Origin: Ktedonobacterales bacterium
Lineage (GTDB): Bacteria; Chloroflexota; Ktedonobacteria; Ktedonobacterales; JADMIN01
Reading direction: 5' to 3'
Length of the DNA stretch: 47,076 nt
Assembly: GCA_025935235.1 (NCBI GenBank)
Contig: JAICVT010000001.1
Coordinates: 1 to 47,076, forward strand
Shown piece after piece: positions 1 to 8,730 of this stretch (positions are counted from its first letter, which is position 1; each line of letters opens with the position of its first letter). The position numbers and the translations under genes are program-made. The notes below the pieces were generated by a model. The model had not been told where the DNA came from and did not search any database. It worked only from the letters and a program-made list of their open reading frames with translations.

Positions 1-20
1 CTCTCCTCGTCTACTCATCT

Positions 21-50
21 CAGAATCGCCTGGATCAGAATCGCCTGGAT
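21..50. repeat. 15-nt direct tandem repeat x2 (cagaatcgcctggat)
   Basis: Two identical adjacent copies at 21-35 and 36-50, read directly from the sequence. Confidence 0.9.
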
Positions 51-418
51 TGCAGGTGGGCGGGCGACGCCGCCCCGCTGTCGCTAAGCGCTACGGCGAT
101 GGTTACAGGCGTCGTTCCAGGGCGCCACATGGCAAGCTCCAGTTCAACTGCTTCACGCTTAACGTTAGAGCAACGGCGCGCCACGTTGCAACGCCCTGGC
201 CATTAGGCAAGCTGCCCAATAGATGCGGCGGCTTCTTGGTCGAATCGCGCAATGGATTGCAACGCTTCCCTCTGGACAGTATGGCCTACAGGTGTGTATC
301 ATGTGGGCATAGCCGTCGCAACGTCGCGTCCGGACACAGTGATCTGGCGACGTTTGGTTGCGCAGCGTAGCGCGCCGCGTCCTGCGGACCTGTTCGCGTC
401 AGCGAGAGGAGGCCCTCA

Positions 419-655
419 ATGCGGTGTGAAGAGTGTGGGCGTGTCCTGAAGAACGCTCAAATGTGGCAGCTTGGCGGTTCTGTCAGCGCCCCGACGTCGC
501 GCTCGATGCGGCAACTCTGCTGGGAGTGCCGTGAACGAGCAGCCGCGCCAGTGGAGGACGCTGAGGAGTTCGCCGCCGACTCCTCCAACGACATTCTGGC
601 GCAGGCCTACGCCGTCGTACGCGAATACGAGTCTCGCACATCTGACGGCGTCTGA
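419..655 (+). CDS. Small zinc-ribbon-like protein (CxxC ... CxxC), 78 aa
   Basis: ORF MRCEECGR...LCWECRER has two CxxC pairs. AGGAGG lies about 6 nt upstream of the ATG, and a strong terminator hairpin follows at 695-726. Confidence 0.5.
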   Translation: MRCEECGRVLKNAQMWQLGGSVSAPTSRSMRQLCWECRERAAAPVEDAEEFAADSSNDILAQAYAVVREYESRTSDGV

Positions 656-694
656 CGGCTGACCGCGCCGCCTACCAGCACGCCACTGGCACGA

Positions 695-726
695 GCGCGC
701 CGTTCCCGACACTGGGAACGGCGCGC
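695..726. terminator. Intrinsic-terminator-like hairpin between convergent genes
   Basis: Perfect 13-bp stem gcgcgccgttccc / gggaacggcgcgc with the 6-nt loop gacact. It is followed by ttcgcttt and a 12-nt tandem repeat (726-749). Confidence 0.65.
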
Positions 727-772
727 TTCGCTTTACGCTTCGCTTTACGCATCCGACGCGCTCGCTGCGACG

Positions 773-2086
773 CTAGATCACCGGCGTCGCGGGCGTCGCG
801 GGCGGGCGCGCCAGGATGCTCGTCACTGCCGCCTGCTCCTGCGCGTTGGCGGCGGGCAGCGTGAGCATGTTGCGCGCCGTCTTGTCCACCGCCAGCAGCG
901 CGCCGAAGCGCCAGAAGACCCGCGCTGGCGTGTTGCCATTCCCGTTATACACGTCCATGACACAGCCATCCAGCGGGTTGGGCGCCAGCGCGAAGGACAT
1001 CCCATTGTCGTTAAATCCCATATCACTCTCGGCCTGGTAAGCGGCGGCGCTGGCGGCATCCTCTACCGCCTCGACGGCCAGATCGTCGAGCCAGTTGAGT
1101 TTCCAGCCTGCAGTGGTGAGCTGGATGCCCACCAACGTCGAAATTGGTTGCCCATCCATCACCAGATAACCCGCCGAGGTCAGGCGGCGCCCGCTGTTGT
1201 CGGTGATGAACCACGATACGGCGGCCGTTACCTGCGCCAGCCAGCCGCCACCCGGCGGGCCAGGGCTATCCGAGTAGAACGGCTCGGAACAAATCTGTGC
1301 ACAGCCCGCGCTGAAATCGCCCGCGGAGCCGCCCAGCGACAGCGACACATGGAACTGGAGCGGCGCGCTGGCCACCACGACCCGGCCCTGGTCATCCAGA
1401 TAGCGCTCCCCTGGCGCGATGGTCGCCGTCTGCGACTGCTCCTGGAGCTGCGACGTTGCAACCTGGAAAATCGCCGCGCGCTGATCGGGCTGCAGCGTCG
1501 CATCGGTCGAGCCGAGATCAATCATCCGCGCCAGCGGCGCCTTGCTCACCAGGAACTGATTGGCGCCATCTGATGTGTCGAGTCGGCAGGTGTCGCTCTG
1601 GGCTTGGGGCGCGCTGAAGACGCAACGCAGCGTAGGAAAGTAGCGCGCCTGATAGACGAGGTGATGCGCGCCGCGTGTCACGGCGGTTCCGTAGCCGCTC
1701 AGATCGGCCTGCGGCAGGCGCTTGCCATCCACTGTCAGCGTCCCCCAGGGCGCGCCATCGCTGAAGTAGATGACGTTGGCGCCGGGGATGAAGGTCGCGG
1801 CGGGCGTGGGCGAGGGCATCCCCAGCAGCGCGCCCACCGCGCCGCGCGGATCGCTGGCGACATGGACGAACAGCCCCACGACCACCGCCGCGACCAGCAG
1901 CGTCGTGGCCGCCAGCGTCAGCGCGCTTCGCCGCGGCCCACGCAGCGCGCGCCCCAGCGTGGCGGCAGGCGCCAGCGCACGCGGCAGCGCGGGCGCGCGA
2001 GCGGGATCGAGCGGCGCGCGGGTGAACTGGTCGTCGCCACGCTCATCCACCTGCCCGCGCTGCCCCGACGGCCCGTCGTCTCGCAT
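773..2086 (-). CDS. Membrane-anchored hypothetical protein (disordered cytoplasmic N-terminus, one TM helix, extracytoplasmic domain)
   Basis: 437-aa ORF with high GC3. TM segment LTLAATTLLVAAVVVGLFV follows an Arg/Pro-rich N-terminus. I recognise no domain. Confidence 0.6.
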   Translation of the reverse strand: MRDDGPSGQRGQVDERGDDQFTRAPLDPARAPALPRALAPAATLGRALRGPRRSALTLAATTLLVAAVVVGLFVHVASDPRGAVGALLGMPSPTPAATFIPGANVIYFSDGAPWGTLTVDGKRLPQADLSGYGTAVTRGAHHLVYQARYFPTLRCVFSAPQAQSDTCRLDTSDGANQFLVSKAPLARMIDLGSTDATLQPDQRAAIFQVATSQLQEQSQTATIAPGERYLDDQGRVVVASAPLQFHVSLSLGGSAGDFSAGCAQICSEPFYSDSPGPPGGGWLAQVTAAVSWFITDNSGRRLTSAGYLVMDGQPISTLVGIQLTTAGWKLNWLDDLAVEAVEDAASAAAYQAESDMGFNDNGMSFALAPNPLDGCVMDVYNGNGNTPARVFWRFGALLAVDKTARNMLTLPAANAQEQAAVTSILARPPATPATPVI

Positions 2087-2132
2087 ACGGCTGGCTCCTT
2101 CGCCGATATCCTCCCTGACGCTCTCTGGCGCG

Positions 2133-3365
2133 CTATCCGGCGATGGAGATGATCTGCTGAGGATTGCGGTCGGTGAGCACTTCGGGGCCGCTCTCGCCGA
2201 CGTAGATCATGTCTTCCAGCCGCACGCCGCCCCAGCCGGTGATGTAGATGCCCGGCTCGTTGGTGACGACCACTCCTGGCTCGATGCCCTCGACCTTCGC
2301 CAGCTCGGCCTCGCTTTCAGGCGTGCTGACCCGCAGGCGGCTGACAGCGGGCAGCTCATGGACCGCCAGCCCCACGCCATGCCCCAGGCTGTGCATGAAC
2401 TCTTTGCCGTAGCCCGCCTCATCAATCACCTGGCGCGCGGCGGCGTCCACCTCGCGCCCGCGCGTGGCCCCGGCGGCCAGCGCCGCCAGCCCGGCGTCCT
2501 GCGCGCGCCGCACGACATCGTAGATCTCGCGCAGCTTCTCATCCGGCTCGCCGATCACCACGGTGCGCGTCAGGTCGGAGCAATAGCCGTCCACGCGGCA
2601 GCCGAAGTCCACCAGCAGCGGCTCGCCACGCTGGGCGGCGCGGTCGCTGGGAACCCAGTGCGGCTGCGCGCCGCCCGGCCCACAGGCGACGATGGTGTCG
2701 AAGCTCGGCTCATCGGCCCCCAGCGCCACCATATGCCGTTCCAGCAGGGCCGCGATCTCGCGCTCCGTCATGCCGATGCGGATGTCTTGCAGCAACTGTG
2801 CGAAGGCGCGGTTGGCGATGTCCGCAGCGCGGCGAATGGTAGCCAGCTCGGCGGGGTCCTTGCGGGCGCGCACCAGCTCGATGATGTCATCGGTCGGCGT
2901 GAACTCGACCGCCTCGCCGAGCGCGTCGCGCAGGCGCGCATAGGTCGCGTACGACATCCAGTCCTTCTCGAAGCCCAGCCGCCGCACACCGCCCTCATCG
3001 CTCAGCGCGCGAGCCAGCACGTTGGCCCCCGTATCGGTGTCCGTCAGCAGCGGTTGCGCGCCGCTCGGCTTGATCTCATCCTCGACGCCGTTGAGCGTGA
3101 AGCTGCTGGTAATCAGCCCAAATGTTCCGCGCGTCACCAACGCCATGCCAGCGGACTCGGTAATATCGTGATCGGTCGCCGTCAATCCTGTCAGATAGCG
3201 CCGATTGTACTGGCTGGCGATGAGCAGGCCGTCGAGGCCGAGATCGGCGATGCGCTGGCGGGTCTGCGCCAGCCGTGAGGCATAGTCCGCGTGATCCTCG
3301 TGATCCACTGCTGTCCCCTGTTCCGTTGCGCGCCCAGCCAGGCCCAGCCGGTCGCGGCGCGTCAT
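2133..3365 (-). CDS. M24-family Xaa-Pro aminopeptidase/dipeptidase
   Basis: Carries M24B metal-ligand motifs: LLVDFGCRVDGYCSDLTRT, HSLGHGVGLAVHELP, EPGIYITGWGGVRLEDMI. Confidence 0.9.
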   Translation of the reverse strand: MTRRDRLGLAGRATEQGTAVDHEDHADYASRLAQTRQRIADLGLDGLLIASQYNRRYLTGLTATDHDITESAGMALVTRGTFGLITSSFTLNGVEDEIKPSGAQPLLTDTDTGANVLARALSDEGGVRRLGFEKDWMSYATYARLRDALGEAVEFTPTDDIIELVRARKDPAELATIRRAADIANRAFAQLLQDIRIGMTEREIAALLERHMVALGADEPSFDTIVACGPGGAQPHWVPSDRAAQRGEPLLVDFGCRVDGYCSDLTRTVVIGEPDEKLREIYDVVRRAQDAGLAALAAGATRGREVDAAARQVIDEAGYGKEFMHSLGHGVGLAVHELPAVSRLRVSTPESEAELAKVEGIEPGVVVTNEPGIYITGWGGVRLEDMIYVGESGPEVLTDRNPQQIISIAG

Positions 3366-3527
3366 GCTGATCGGTAGCGGCTGGCGGCTCTCGCGGCGCC
3401 GCTCAGTCCTCGCTTCAGTATGACACGCAGCGCAAGCCTGCCGCTATGCCGCACGGGCGCGCGTGGCAGGAACCCAGCCGCGAGCGTACAATAAAGGACG
3501 GGCAGGGACTGCGCGGAGCAAGGGCGC

Positions 3528-4868
3528 ATGACAGCCAGCGAACCAGACCGACCAGGCAGGGCAGGCAAGGCAGACAGCATGTCTCTCGATACATCATCCA
3601 CTTCGGCGGCGTCCGCGCCTTCGGGAGCGCCGCGCGAGCTAGCCAGCGCGCTCGATGCGCCGCGCGCCGCCACCCAGCCGGTGCGCGACGAGAGCGCCGT
3701 CAACGAGGCGGATATCGGCCAGCCAGCGCATGGCCTGCGCGCGGCGCTCGTGCGGCTGCTGGCGCTGCCGCTCTTCTACAAGGTGCTGATCGCCAACTCG
3801 GCGATCGTGCTGGTGGGCGCCATCGCTGGCACGGCCATCACCTCGCGCATCGTCGGCCCGGCGGGCAATGGCCATAGCGGCTTCGATCTGCCGCTGGCGA
3901 TCGGGTTCGCGGTGGCCGGGCTGGCGCTGACCTTCGCGCTGAACGCGCTGGCGCTGCGGGCCGCCTTCAGTCCGCTCGACCGCCTGCGCGAGGTGGTGGA
4001 GCGCGTACAGCAGGGCGATGTGACCGTGCGGGCGCGTCCCTCACCGCTCGACGACGCGCAGCTGCGGCGGCTGGCCGAGACGCTGAACACGATGCTGGAC
4101 GAGGTAGAGCGCTATGAGGGGCAGGTGCGCGCGCTCTCTGGCCGCCTGATCTACGCCCAGGAGGACGAGCGCCACCGCATCGCCCGCGAGCTGCACGACG
4201 ACACCGGTCAGGTGCTGACGCTGCTGCTGATCCGCCTGAAGCTGCTGGAGACGCAGCCCGGCGCCGAGGCCATTGGCGCGCAGATGGCGGAGTTGCGCGA
4301 GATCGTTACGGGCGCGCTCGATCAGGTGCGGCGGCTGGCGCTCAACCTGCGCCCGCCAACGATTGACCAGTTGGGACTGTATCCCTCGCTGCGCTCACTC
4401 GCCACGACCTTCACCGAGAGCACGGGCATCCAGGCGAGCCTGCGACTGCCGCGCGCTCGCGTCTCGCTGGCGCCAGAGCGCACGCTGGTGGTCTACCGTG
4501 TCACGCAGGAGGCGCTGACAAATGTGGCCAAGCACGCCAATGCGCACGCGGTGACGATCACCGTCACCGCCGACGAGGATGAGCTGCGCGTGCGGGTGGC
4601 CGATGATGGTCGCGGCTTCAGCCCCGACACGCTGATGAGCCGCGCGGGTCAGCGCCACGCGGGCGGCGCGGGCGTAGGCCTCTTTGGCATGGAAGAGCGC
4701 GCCCGGCTGGCGGGCGGCTCGCTCCAGATCGCGTCGGCGCCGGGACATGGAACTGCCGTCACGCTGCGCGCTCCGCTCGCGCGCGGCGAACACAGCGAGC
4801 GCGCCAGCGACCCGCCAGCGGCGGAGACGCCGGAAGCGGAGACGCCCAGCGAGAACAGCAGGCCGTGA
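3528..4868 (+). CDS. Sensor histidine kinase, HisKA_3 (NarX/DegS-like) type with HAMP
   Basis: Two TM segments. H-box is EDERHRIARELHDDTGQVLT. HATPase_c motifs are VTQEALTNVAKHA and DDGRGF...GVGLFGMEERARLAGG. No NarL-type partner is adjacent. The start codon is uncertain. Confidence 0.85.
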   Translation: MTASEPDRPGRAGKADSMSLDTSSTSAASAPSGAPRELASALDAPRAATQPVRDESAVNEADIGQPAHGLRAALVRLLALPLFYKVLIANSAIVLVGAIAGTAITSRIVGPAGNGHSGFDLPLAIGFAVAGLALTFALNALALRAAFSPLDRLREVVERVQQGDVTVRARPSPLDDAQLRRLAETLNTMLDEVERYEGQVRALSGRLIYAQEDERHRIARELHDDTGQVLTLLLIRLKLLETQPGAEAIGAQMAELREIVTGALDQVRRLALNLRPPTIDQLGLYPSLRSLATTFTESTGIQASLRLPRARVSLAPERTLVVYRVTQEALTNVAKHANAHAVTITVTADEDELRVRVADDGRGFSPDTLMSRAGQRHAGGAGVGLFGMEERARLAGGSLQIASAPGHGTAVTLRAPLARGEHSERASDPPAAETPEAETPSENSRP

Positions 4869-4888
4869 GGCCTCAGCCGCTGAAATAC

Positions 4889-4925
4889 GTTCCCCTTCAG
4901 GGAGGGGACAGGAGGCGAGGTCGCG
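4889..4925 (+). repeat. GC-rich palindromic dispersed repeat (family copy 1)
   Basis: gttccccttcagggaggggacaggaggcgaggtcgcg. Shares the core CCCCTC..GGGAGGGG..GGTGAGGTCGCG with the other copies. Confidence 0.8.
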
Positions 4926-4959
4926 ACAGTTCGCCCCACACCATGCCCCGCGAAAACAG

Positions 4960-5005
4960 GTTCCCCCTCTCTTTGTGGGAGAGGGGGACAGGGGGTGAGG
5001 TCGCG
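4960..5005 (+). repeat. GC-rich palindromic dispersed repeat (family copy 2)
   Basis: gttccccctctctttgtgggagagggggacagggggtgaggtcgcg. Tandem to copy 1, between convergent genes. Confidence 0.85.
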
Positions 5006-5011
5006 CCTCAG

Positions 5012-7042
5012 CTACCACTGATTGCCATCGTAGCCGCCCATCTGGCTGCGCGAGCCGTTGCCGCCGTTGCCGCCGTTTGCGCCGTAGCCGCCATTCTGAC
5101 CGCCATGCTGACCGCCATTCTGACCGCCCATCGGATTGAGGATGGCCTCCCAGTCCTCGCCGCCCATCTGTGAGGGCGCATCCCACGGCTGACGTGGCGC
5201 GCGCGGGGCGATGCGGGCGCTGGCCGCCGCGACCGGACGCCCTGGCGGTGGCAGCACCGGCTGGCCATTCTGCTGGCCATTGAACTGCTGCCCGCCGTAC
5301 TGCCCGCCGTACTGCGCGTACTGCCCATTGCCGGTGTATGAGGCGGCGTCCATCATGTTCGCTGGCCCGCGAATCGCCGCGATCGAGCCAGTCACCTGCT
5401 CCATGCGCCGCTGCATCGCCTCTTGCTCGGCGGCCTCGTCGCTGATGCCCGCGGCTGCGCTGTGACGCCCGCCCACGACGTATTGCAGGTCGCGCACGAC
5501 GCCTTCGAGTTGCGCCGCGCTCTGCGACGCCTCGGTGGCGCCGGTCAGCAGTTGATCGGATACCTGCATCGTGACGGTGATCGCCTTGTCGAGCCGGTCG
5601 CTGCTGGCCTGCTGGCGCCGCGCCGCCTCGTCAATGTAGGCCGCCAGCTCGCGCAGGTGTTGCACAGTGGCGCGCGCCTGCTCCTCGGTCAAACGATCCC
5701 AGTAGTCATTGAACCAGTTGCTCGCGCTCATGATGCGCTTGGCCGCCTGATTCATCGCGTCAGCGAGATAGCGCACACCGTCGAGGCCCGTCTTGCAGGC
5801 GTCCACCACCCAGTGCTGCTCGCTGGCCGAGTTCTCCTGCCGCGCGGCCAGCGACTTCAGCATGGCAACGGCACCCTCCAGATCACCCGCCGACTGCTCC
5901 ACCGGGCGAGCGGTGCGCGCGCCGATGAAGAGACCGATCAGCATCGCCAGCACGGCCACAATCGCGGCGCTGATGATGGAGAGCCGCTCCTGCTGCACGG
6001 CGACCGCCGTGATGGAGGTGATGGGGCTGGCGACGAAATACATCCACGGCAGCGTCTGGAGCTTCTCGCCGACGAACTGGTACTGCGCCTCGCCCGGCGC
6101 AGCCGCCTGGAAGGTCGCCTGCTGTTCGCTGGAGGCGATGGCGCTGGCGACGGCGGGCAGGCTCTGGACGGGGATCGAGGTGGTCGCGCCATAGAGCTGC
6201 TCGCTGGCGATCTGCCCCTGCGCCTGCGCGTCGAGCGGGCCGACGGCGGTGAAGAGATCGGCGCTATTGGTGTCGGCGATACGCACGCCGTTCTGGTCGG
6301 TGATGAACGCCGCGTTGTTGGCGCCGTTGGCCTTGGTCTCCTGGTCAACGATGCTCCACACCTTGTCGAGCTTCAGCTTGGCCCCCAGGATGCCCAGTAC
6401 CTTGCCCTGGTCGGGGAAGACCTGATAGATCGGCGTATAGAGATCAACGTAGGCGAACTTGCCCTGCGTGTCGTAGTAGACCGCCGAGACCCACTGCTTG
6501 CCCGTCTGCACTGGCGTCAGATCTTCTTTCGGGATGGTCAGCCCAGCTTTCAGCGTCGCCTGGTCAGAGGAGAGCAGCAACTGCCCGTTGTTCAGGAACA
6601 TATTCCACTGGAGATAGTTGTCGTCGCGCTTGGTGCCAACTACCAGCGCGCGGCCAACCGAGGTGGCATAGCTCTCGAAGTTGTCCGCGCAATCGGTGGA
6701 GAGGATCGCGGTCGAGACGTAGAGTCCCTGCGCGGCGGCCTGCTTGGCGGCGGCGATCTGCGGCACGCACCCCAGGAACTTCGGCGCGGTGTCCAGCGAT
6801 GAGAGCGCGACGCCATCGAGCAGCCGCTCGCGGAAGTAGTCGTCAATGCGCGAGGCGTTCGAGCTGGCATCGGCGCTGAGCGCATCGCTGCTCTGCTTGA
6901 TGAGCGTCTGGCGCGCGAAGTAGTCATTGACGCCGACGACCAGCGCCAGCGGCAGCAGAGCCGCCAGCAGCACCAGCACAGAGAACCGAAGGGAGAGAGA
7001 GAGTCGGCTCCGTCGCTGGCGACTCTGCTTGCCTTTTGCCAT
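5012..7042 (-). CDS. Membrane sensor protein: N-terminal TM, periplasmic Cache-like domain, second TM, helical cytoplasmic region, G/Q/N-rich tail
   Basis: 676-aa ORF. TM1 is FSVLVLLAALLPLALVVGV. The roughly 330-aa extracytoplasmic region has a Cache-like pattern. TM2 is ISAAIVAVLAMLIGLFIGA. I recognise no kinase, MCP or GGDEF output motif. The C-terminus is GGQNGGQHGGQNGGYGANGGNGGNG. Confidence 0.7.
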   Translation of the reverse strand: MAKGKQSRQRRSRLSLSLRFSVLVLLAALLPLALVVGVNDYFARQTLIKQSSDALSADASSNASRIDDYFRERLLDGVALSSLDTAPKFLGCVPQIAAAKQAAAQGLYVSTAILSTDCADNFESYATSVGRALVVGTKRDDNYLQWNMFLNNGQLLLSSDQATLKAGLTIPKEDLTPVQTGKQWVSAVYYDTQGKFAYVDLYTPIYQVFPDQGKVLGILGAKLKLDKVWSIVDQETKANGANNAAFITDQNGVRIADTNSADLFTAVGPLDAQAQGQIASEQLYGATTSIPVQSLPAVASAIASSEQQATFQAAAPGEAQYQFVGEKLQTLPWMYFVASPITSITAVAVQQERLSIISAAIVAVLAMLIGLFIGARTARPVEQSAGDLEGAVAMLKSLAARQENSASEQHWVVDACKTGLDGVRYLADAMNQAAKRIMSASNWFNDYWDRLTEEQARATVQHLRELAAYIDEAARRQQASSDRLDKAITVTMQVSDQLLTGATEASQSAAQLEGVVRDLQYVVGGRHSAAAGISDEAAEQEAMQRRMEQVTGSIAAIRGPANMMDAASYTGNGQYAQYGGQYGGQQFNGQQNGQPVLPPPGRPVAAASARIAPRAPRQPWDAPSQMGGEDWEAILNPMGGQNGGQHGGQNGGYGANGGNGGNGSRSQMGGYDGNQW

Positions 7043-7247
7043 AGTCCATGCGCCTCATTTCGGGGTGATGGGAGATTGCGCCGTGCTGCGGACATACGTC
7101 CGGCGGAATGAGTTCGATGGCTGATCGCCGTACTCGCCTGGGCAAGCGCCTGCCGAGGTCGCTGCCTTCGGCGTAGCGCGCCGTCTGTACATAATCACTC
7201 AGCTCGGCATACACCGGTCGCTGGTGGTACTTTCGGACAACAGCGCC

Positions 7248-7283
7248 GCTCGCTGGCTCGCATCGGCTCGCTGGCTCGCATCG
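7248..7283. repeat. 18-nt direct tandem repeat x2 (gctcgctggctcgcatcg)
   Basis: Identical copies at 7248-7265 and 7266-7283, in the intergenic region upstream of the Cache gene start. Confidence 0.9.
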
Positions 7284-7373
7284 CGCCCTTGCGCGCACTC
7301 GGCGACATCCTCACTCTGCTGTGAAGTCTCCGGCAGCCTCGCTGTTTTCGACGTTCACGGCGTGCGCCGCTCG

Positions 7374-8435
7374 CTAGAAGTAGTACACCAGGCCCAGGCG
7401 CTCCAGGCTGGCCAGCAGCGCCGCGACCTCCTCCACTGTCTTGGATGACAGCCGCGCCAGATCGAGTACGGTATGCTCGCCATCGGCCAGCAGCAGAATC
7501 GTCCGGTGGCTGCGACTCAGGTTGTAGGCGCTGACCACCGACATCAGGTCGCGCACGTCTGGCGCGCGCCGCGGGCGGCGCTGGAGCGCCTCCTGGTCGA
7601 GCGCTGCCCCGCCGCTGAATGGTCCAGTCCCCTGCGACGGCGTGGATGGCATGGATGGCATGGATGGCCACGAAGGCGCCACACTGGGCAACGCGCCCGT
7701 CTGGCTCGACCAGTTGAGTTGGCCCGTGGCGCGCGATCCGCTCGCTGGCGCGCCACCCGATCCGCCGCCCTGCGAGGTGGATGGCCAGCCTGCGGGCCAT
7801 GATCCCGCTCCGCCCGCCGGACCCGATGGGATGGCTGGGTTCGACGCGCCAGCTCCGCCGACCTGCGATGGCGCCTGCGGACCCCGCTGCACGCCAGGCT
7901 GCGGCCCAGGCTGCGCTCCGGGGCTGAGCGGGCCGACCGGGCCAGTGGATGGCGCCAGCGGATCGGGCAGCGGGCGGCTGCCAGGCGTATTCCAGTTGAA
8001 GCTGGCGGGCGCTCCGCGTGGCGGCGTCGCCTGCGCGCGCTGCGGCGGGGCGTAGCCGCCATTGCCCTGTGCGCCGCTCATGCCAGGGTAGCCGGGCGAT
8101 GACTGCGATAATGGCGATGCTGGCGACGCTGGCGCGGGATGTGGCGCGGTGACATTCGGCGCGGGCGCGGCCGCGTTTGGCTCAAAGGCGAATTTACATT
8201 GCCCCCAGCCAGCCAGCACATGCAGCGCGTCGCGTCCAGTCAGCCCCTCGACCGCGGCGTAGATCGCGCGCCCCTGCGCGAAATACAGCTCACCCTGTTC
8301 GAGCGAAGGCGGAGCGCCCCGCTCCACCGTCAGCAGCCCGCTCCTGCGACCAAGCTCGACCACCTCGATGATATTGGAGAGACGGTCAGCGGTTGTCACT
8401 CTGGGCTTTGTCATTGCGCCACACTTGCCCTTCAC
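7374..8435 (-). CDS. DUF4388 (PATAN-like) domain protein with Pro/Gly/Ser-rich linker and C-terminal winged-helix-like domain
   Basis: The N-terminus LSNIIEVVELGRRSGLLTVERG...GELYFAQGRAIYAA...GRDALHVLAGWGQCKFAFEP fits the DUF4388 pattern. About 190 aa of low-complexity linker follows. The C-terminus is HRTILLLADGEHTVLDLARLSSKTVEEVAALLASLERLGLV. Confidence 0.75.
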   Translation of the reverse strand: MKGKCGAMTKPRVTTADRLSNIIEVVELGRRSGLLTVERGAPPSLEQGELYFAQGRAIYAAVEGLTGRDALHVLAGWGQCKFAFEPNAAAPAPNVTAPHPAPASPASPLSQSSPGYPGMSGAQGNGGYAPPQRAQATPPRGAPASFNWNTPGSRPLPDPLAPSTGPVGPLSPGAQPGPQPGVQRGPQAPSQVGGAGASNPAIPSGPAGGAGSWPAGWPSTSQGGGSGGAPASGSRATGQLNWSSQTGALPSVAPSWPSMPSMPSTPSQGTGPFSGGAALDQEALQRRPRRAPDVRDLMSVVSAYNLSRSHRTILLLADGEHTVLDLARLSSKTVEEVAALLASLERLGLVYYF

Positions 8436-8470
8436 CGCGCTGGGATCTCGCGCTTCACTGTCTGGCCCGG

Positions 8471-8500
8471 TCTGGACTGCTCTGGACTGCTCTGGACTGG
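8471..8500. repeat. 10-nt direct tandem repeat x3 (tctggactgc)
   Basis: Copies at 8471-8480, 8481-8490 and 8491-8500, plus a degenerate copy at 8461-8470. They lie just upstream of the DUF4388 gene start. Confidence 0.9.
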
Positions 8501-8730
8501 TTGGCGTTGGTCAGAAATAGTCTGGATGGGTCTGCGTCGGATTTGGATAGCTACAGGGGGCGCCACACAGACTGGCCCGATCGCCCGGGCCAGCGCGCTG
8601 AGTGACGATTCGCCGCGGACATATGCGCTATCGTTGAAGTATAGCATGCTGGTCGCTGTCTGCTCGCTGGTATATGGACTGATGTGCTATCATCTTGTAT
8701 TTGGCCCTATTGCCGGTCCCTTGTTCCTCC

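Noticed and set aside
1-418. A possible structured ncRNA (RNase P RNA, tmRNA, SRP/6S) or tRNA in the non-coding first 400 nt and other long spacers.
   Set aside because: I could not find the conserved cores, such as the RNase P GAGGAAAGUCC, the tmRNA tag region, or the tRNA T-loop GGTTCGAATCC. This cannot be excluded without a covariance-model scan.
1770-3278. Long antisense ORFs opposite well-supported genes: 1770..3278 (502 aa), 5423..6802 (459 aa), 10776..11942 (388 aa), 13067..14137, 15212..16435, 16469..17431, 26422..28179 (585 aa), 43199..44299.
   Set aside because: Their translations are Arg/Ala/Gly/Pro-rich with no recognisable motifs. The opposite strand carries clear family signatures (M24 peptidase, Cache sensor, APC permease, STAND NTPase, NYN protein, histidine kinase). 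Long stop-free antisense frames are expected in very GC-rich DNA.
4865-5173. ORFs that run through the dispersed repeats: 4865..5173, 17738..17938, 46772..46957, 12088..12279.
   Set aside because: Their only 'conserved' parts are translations of the repeat element (PLQGGDRR, GEGQGVRF, etc.). They lie between convergent genes and lack an RBS.
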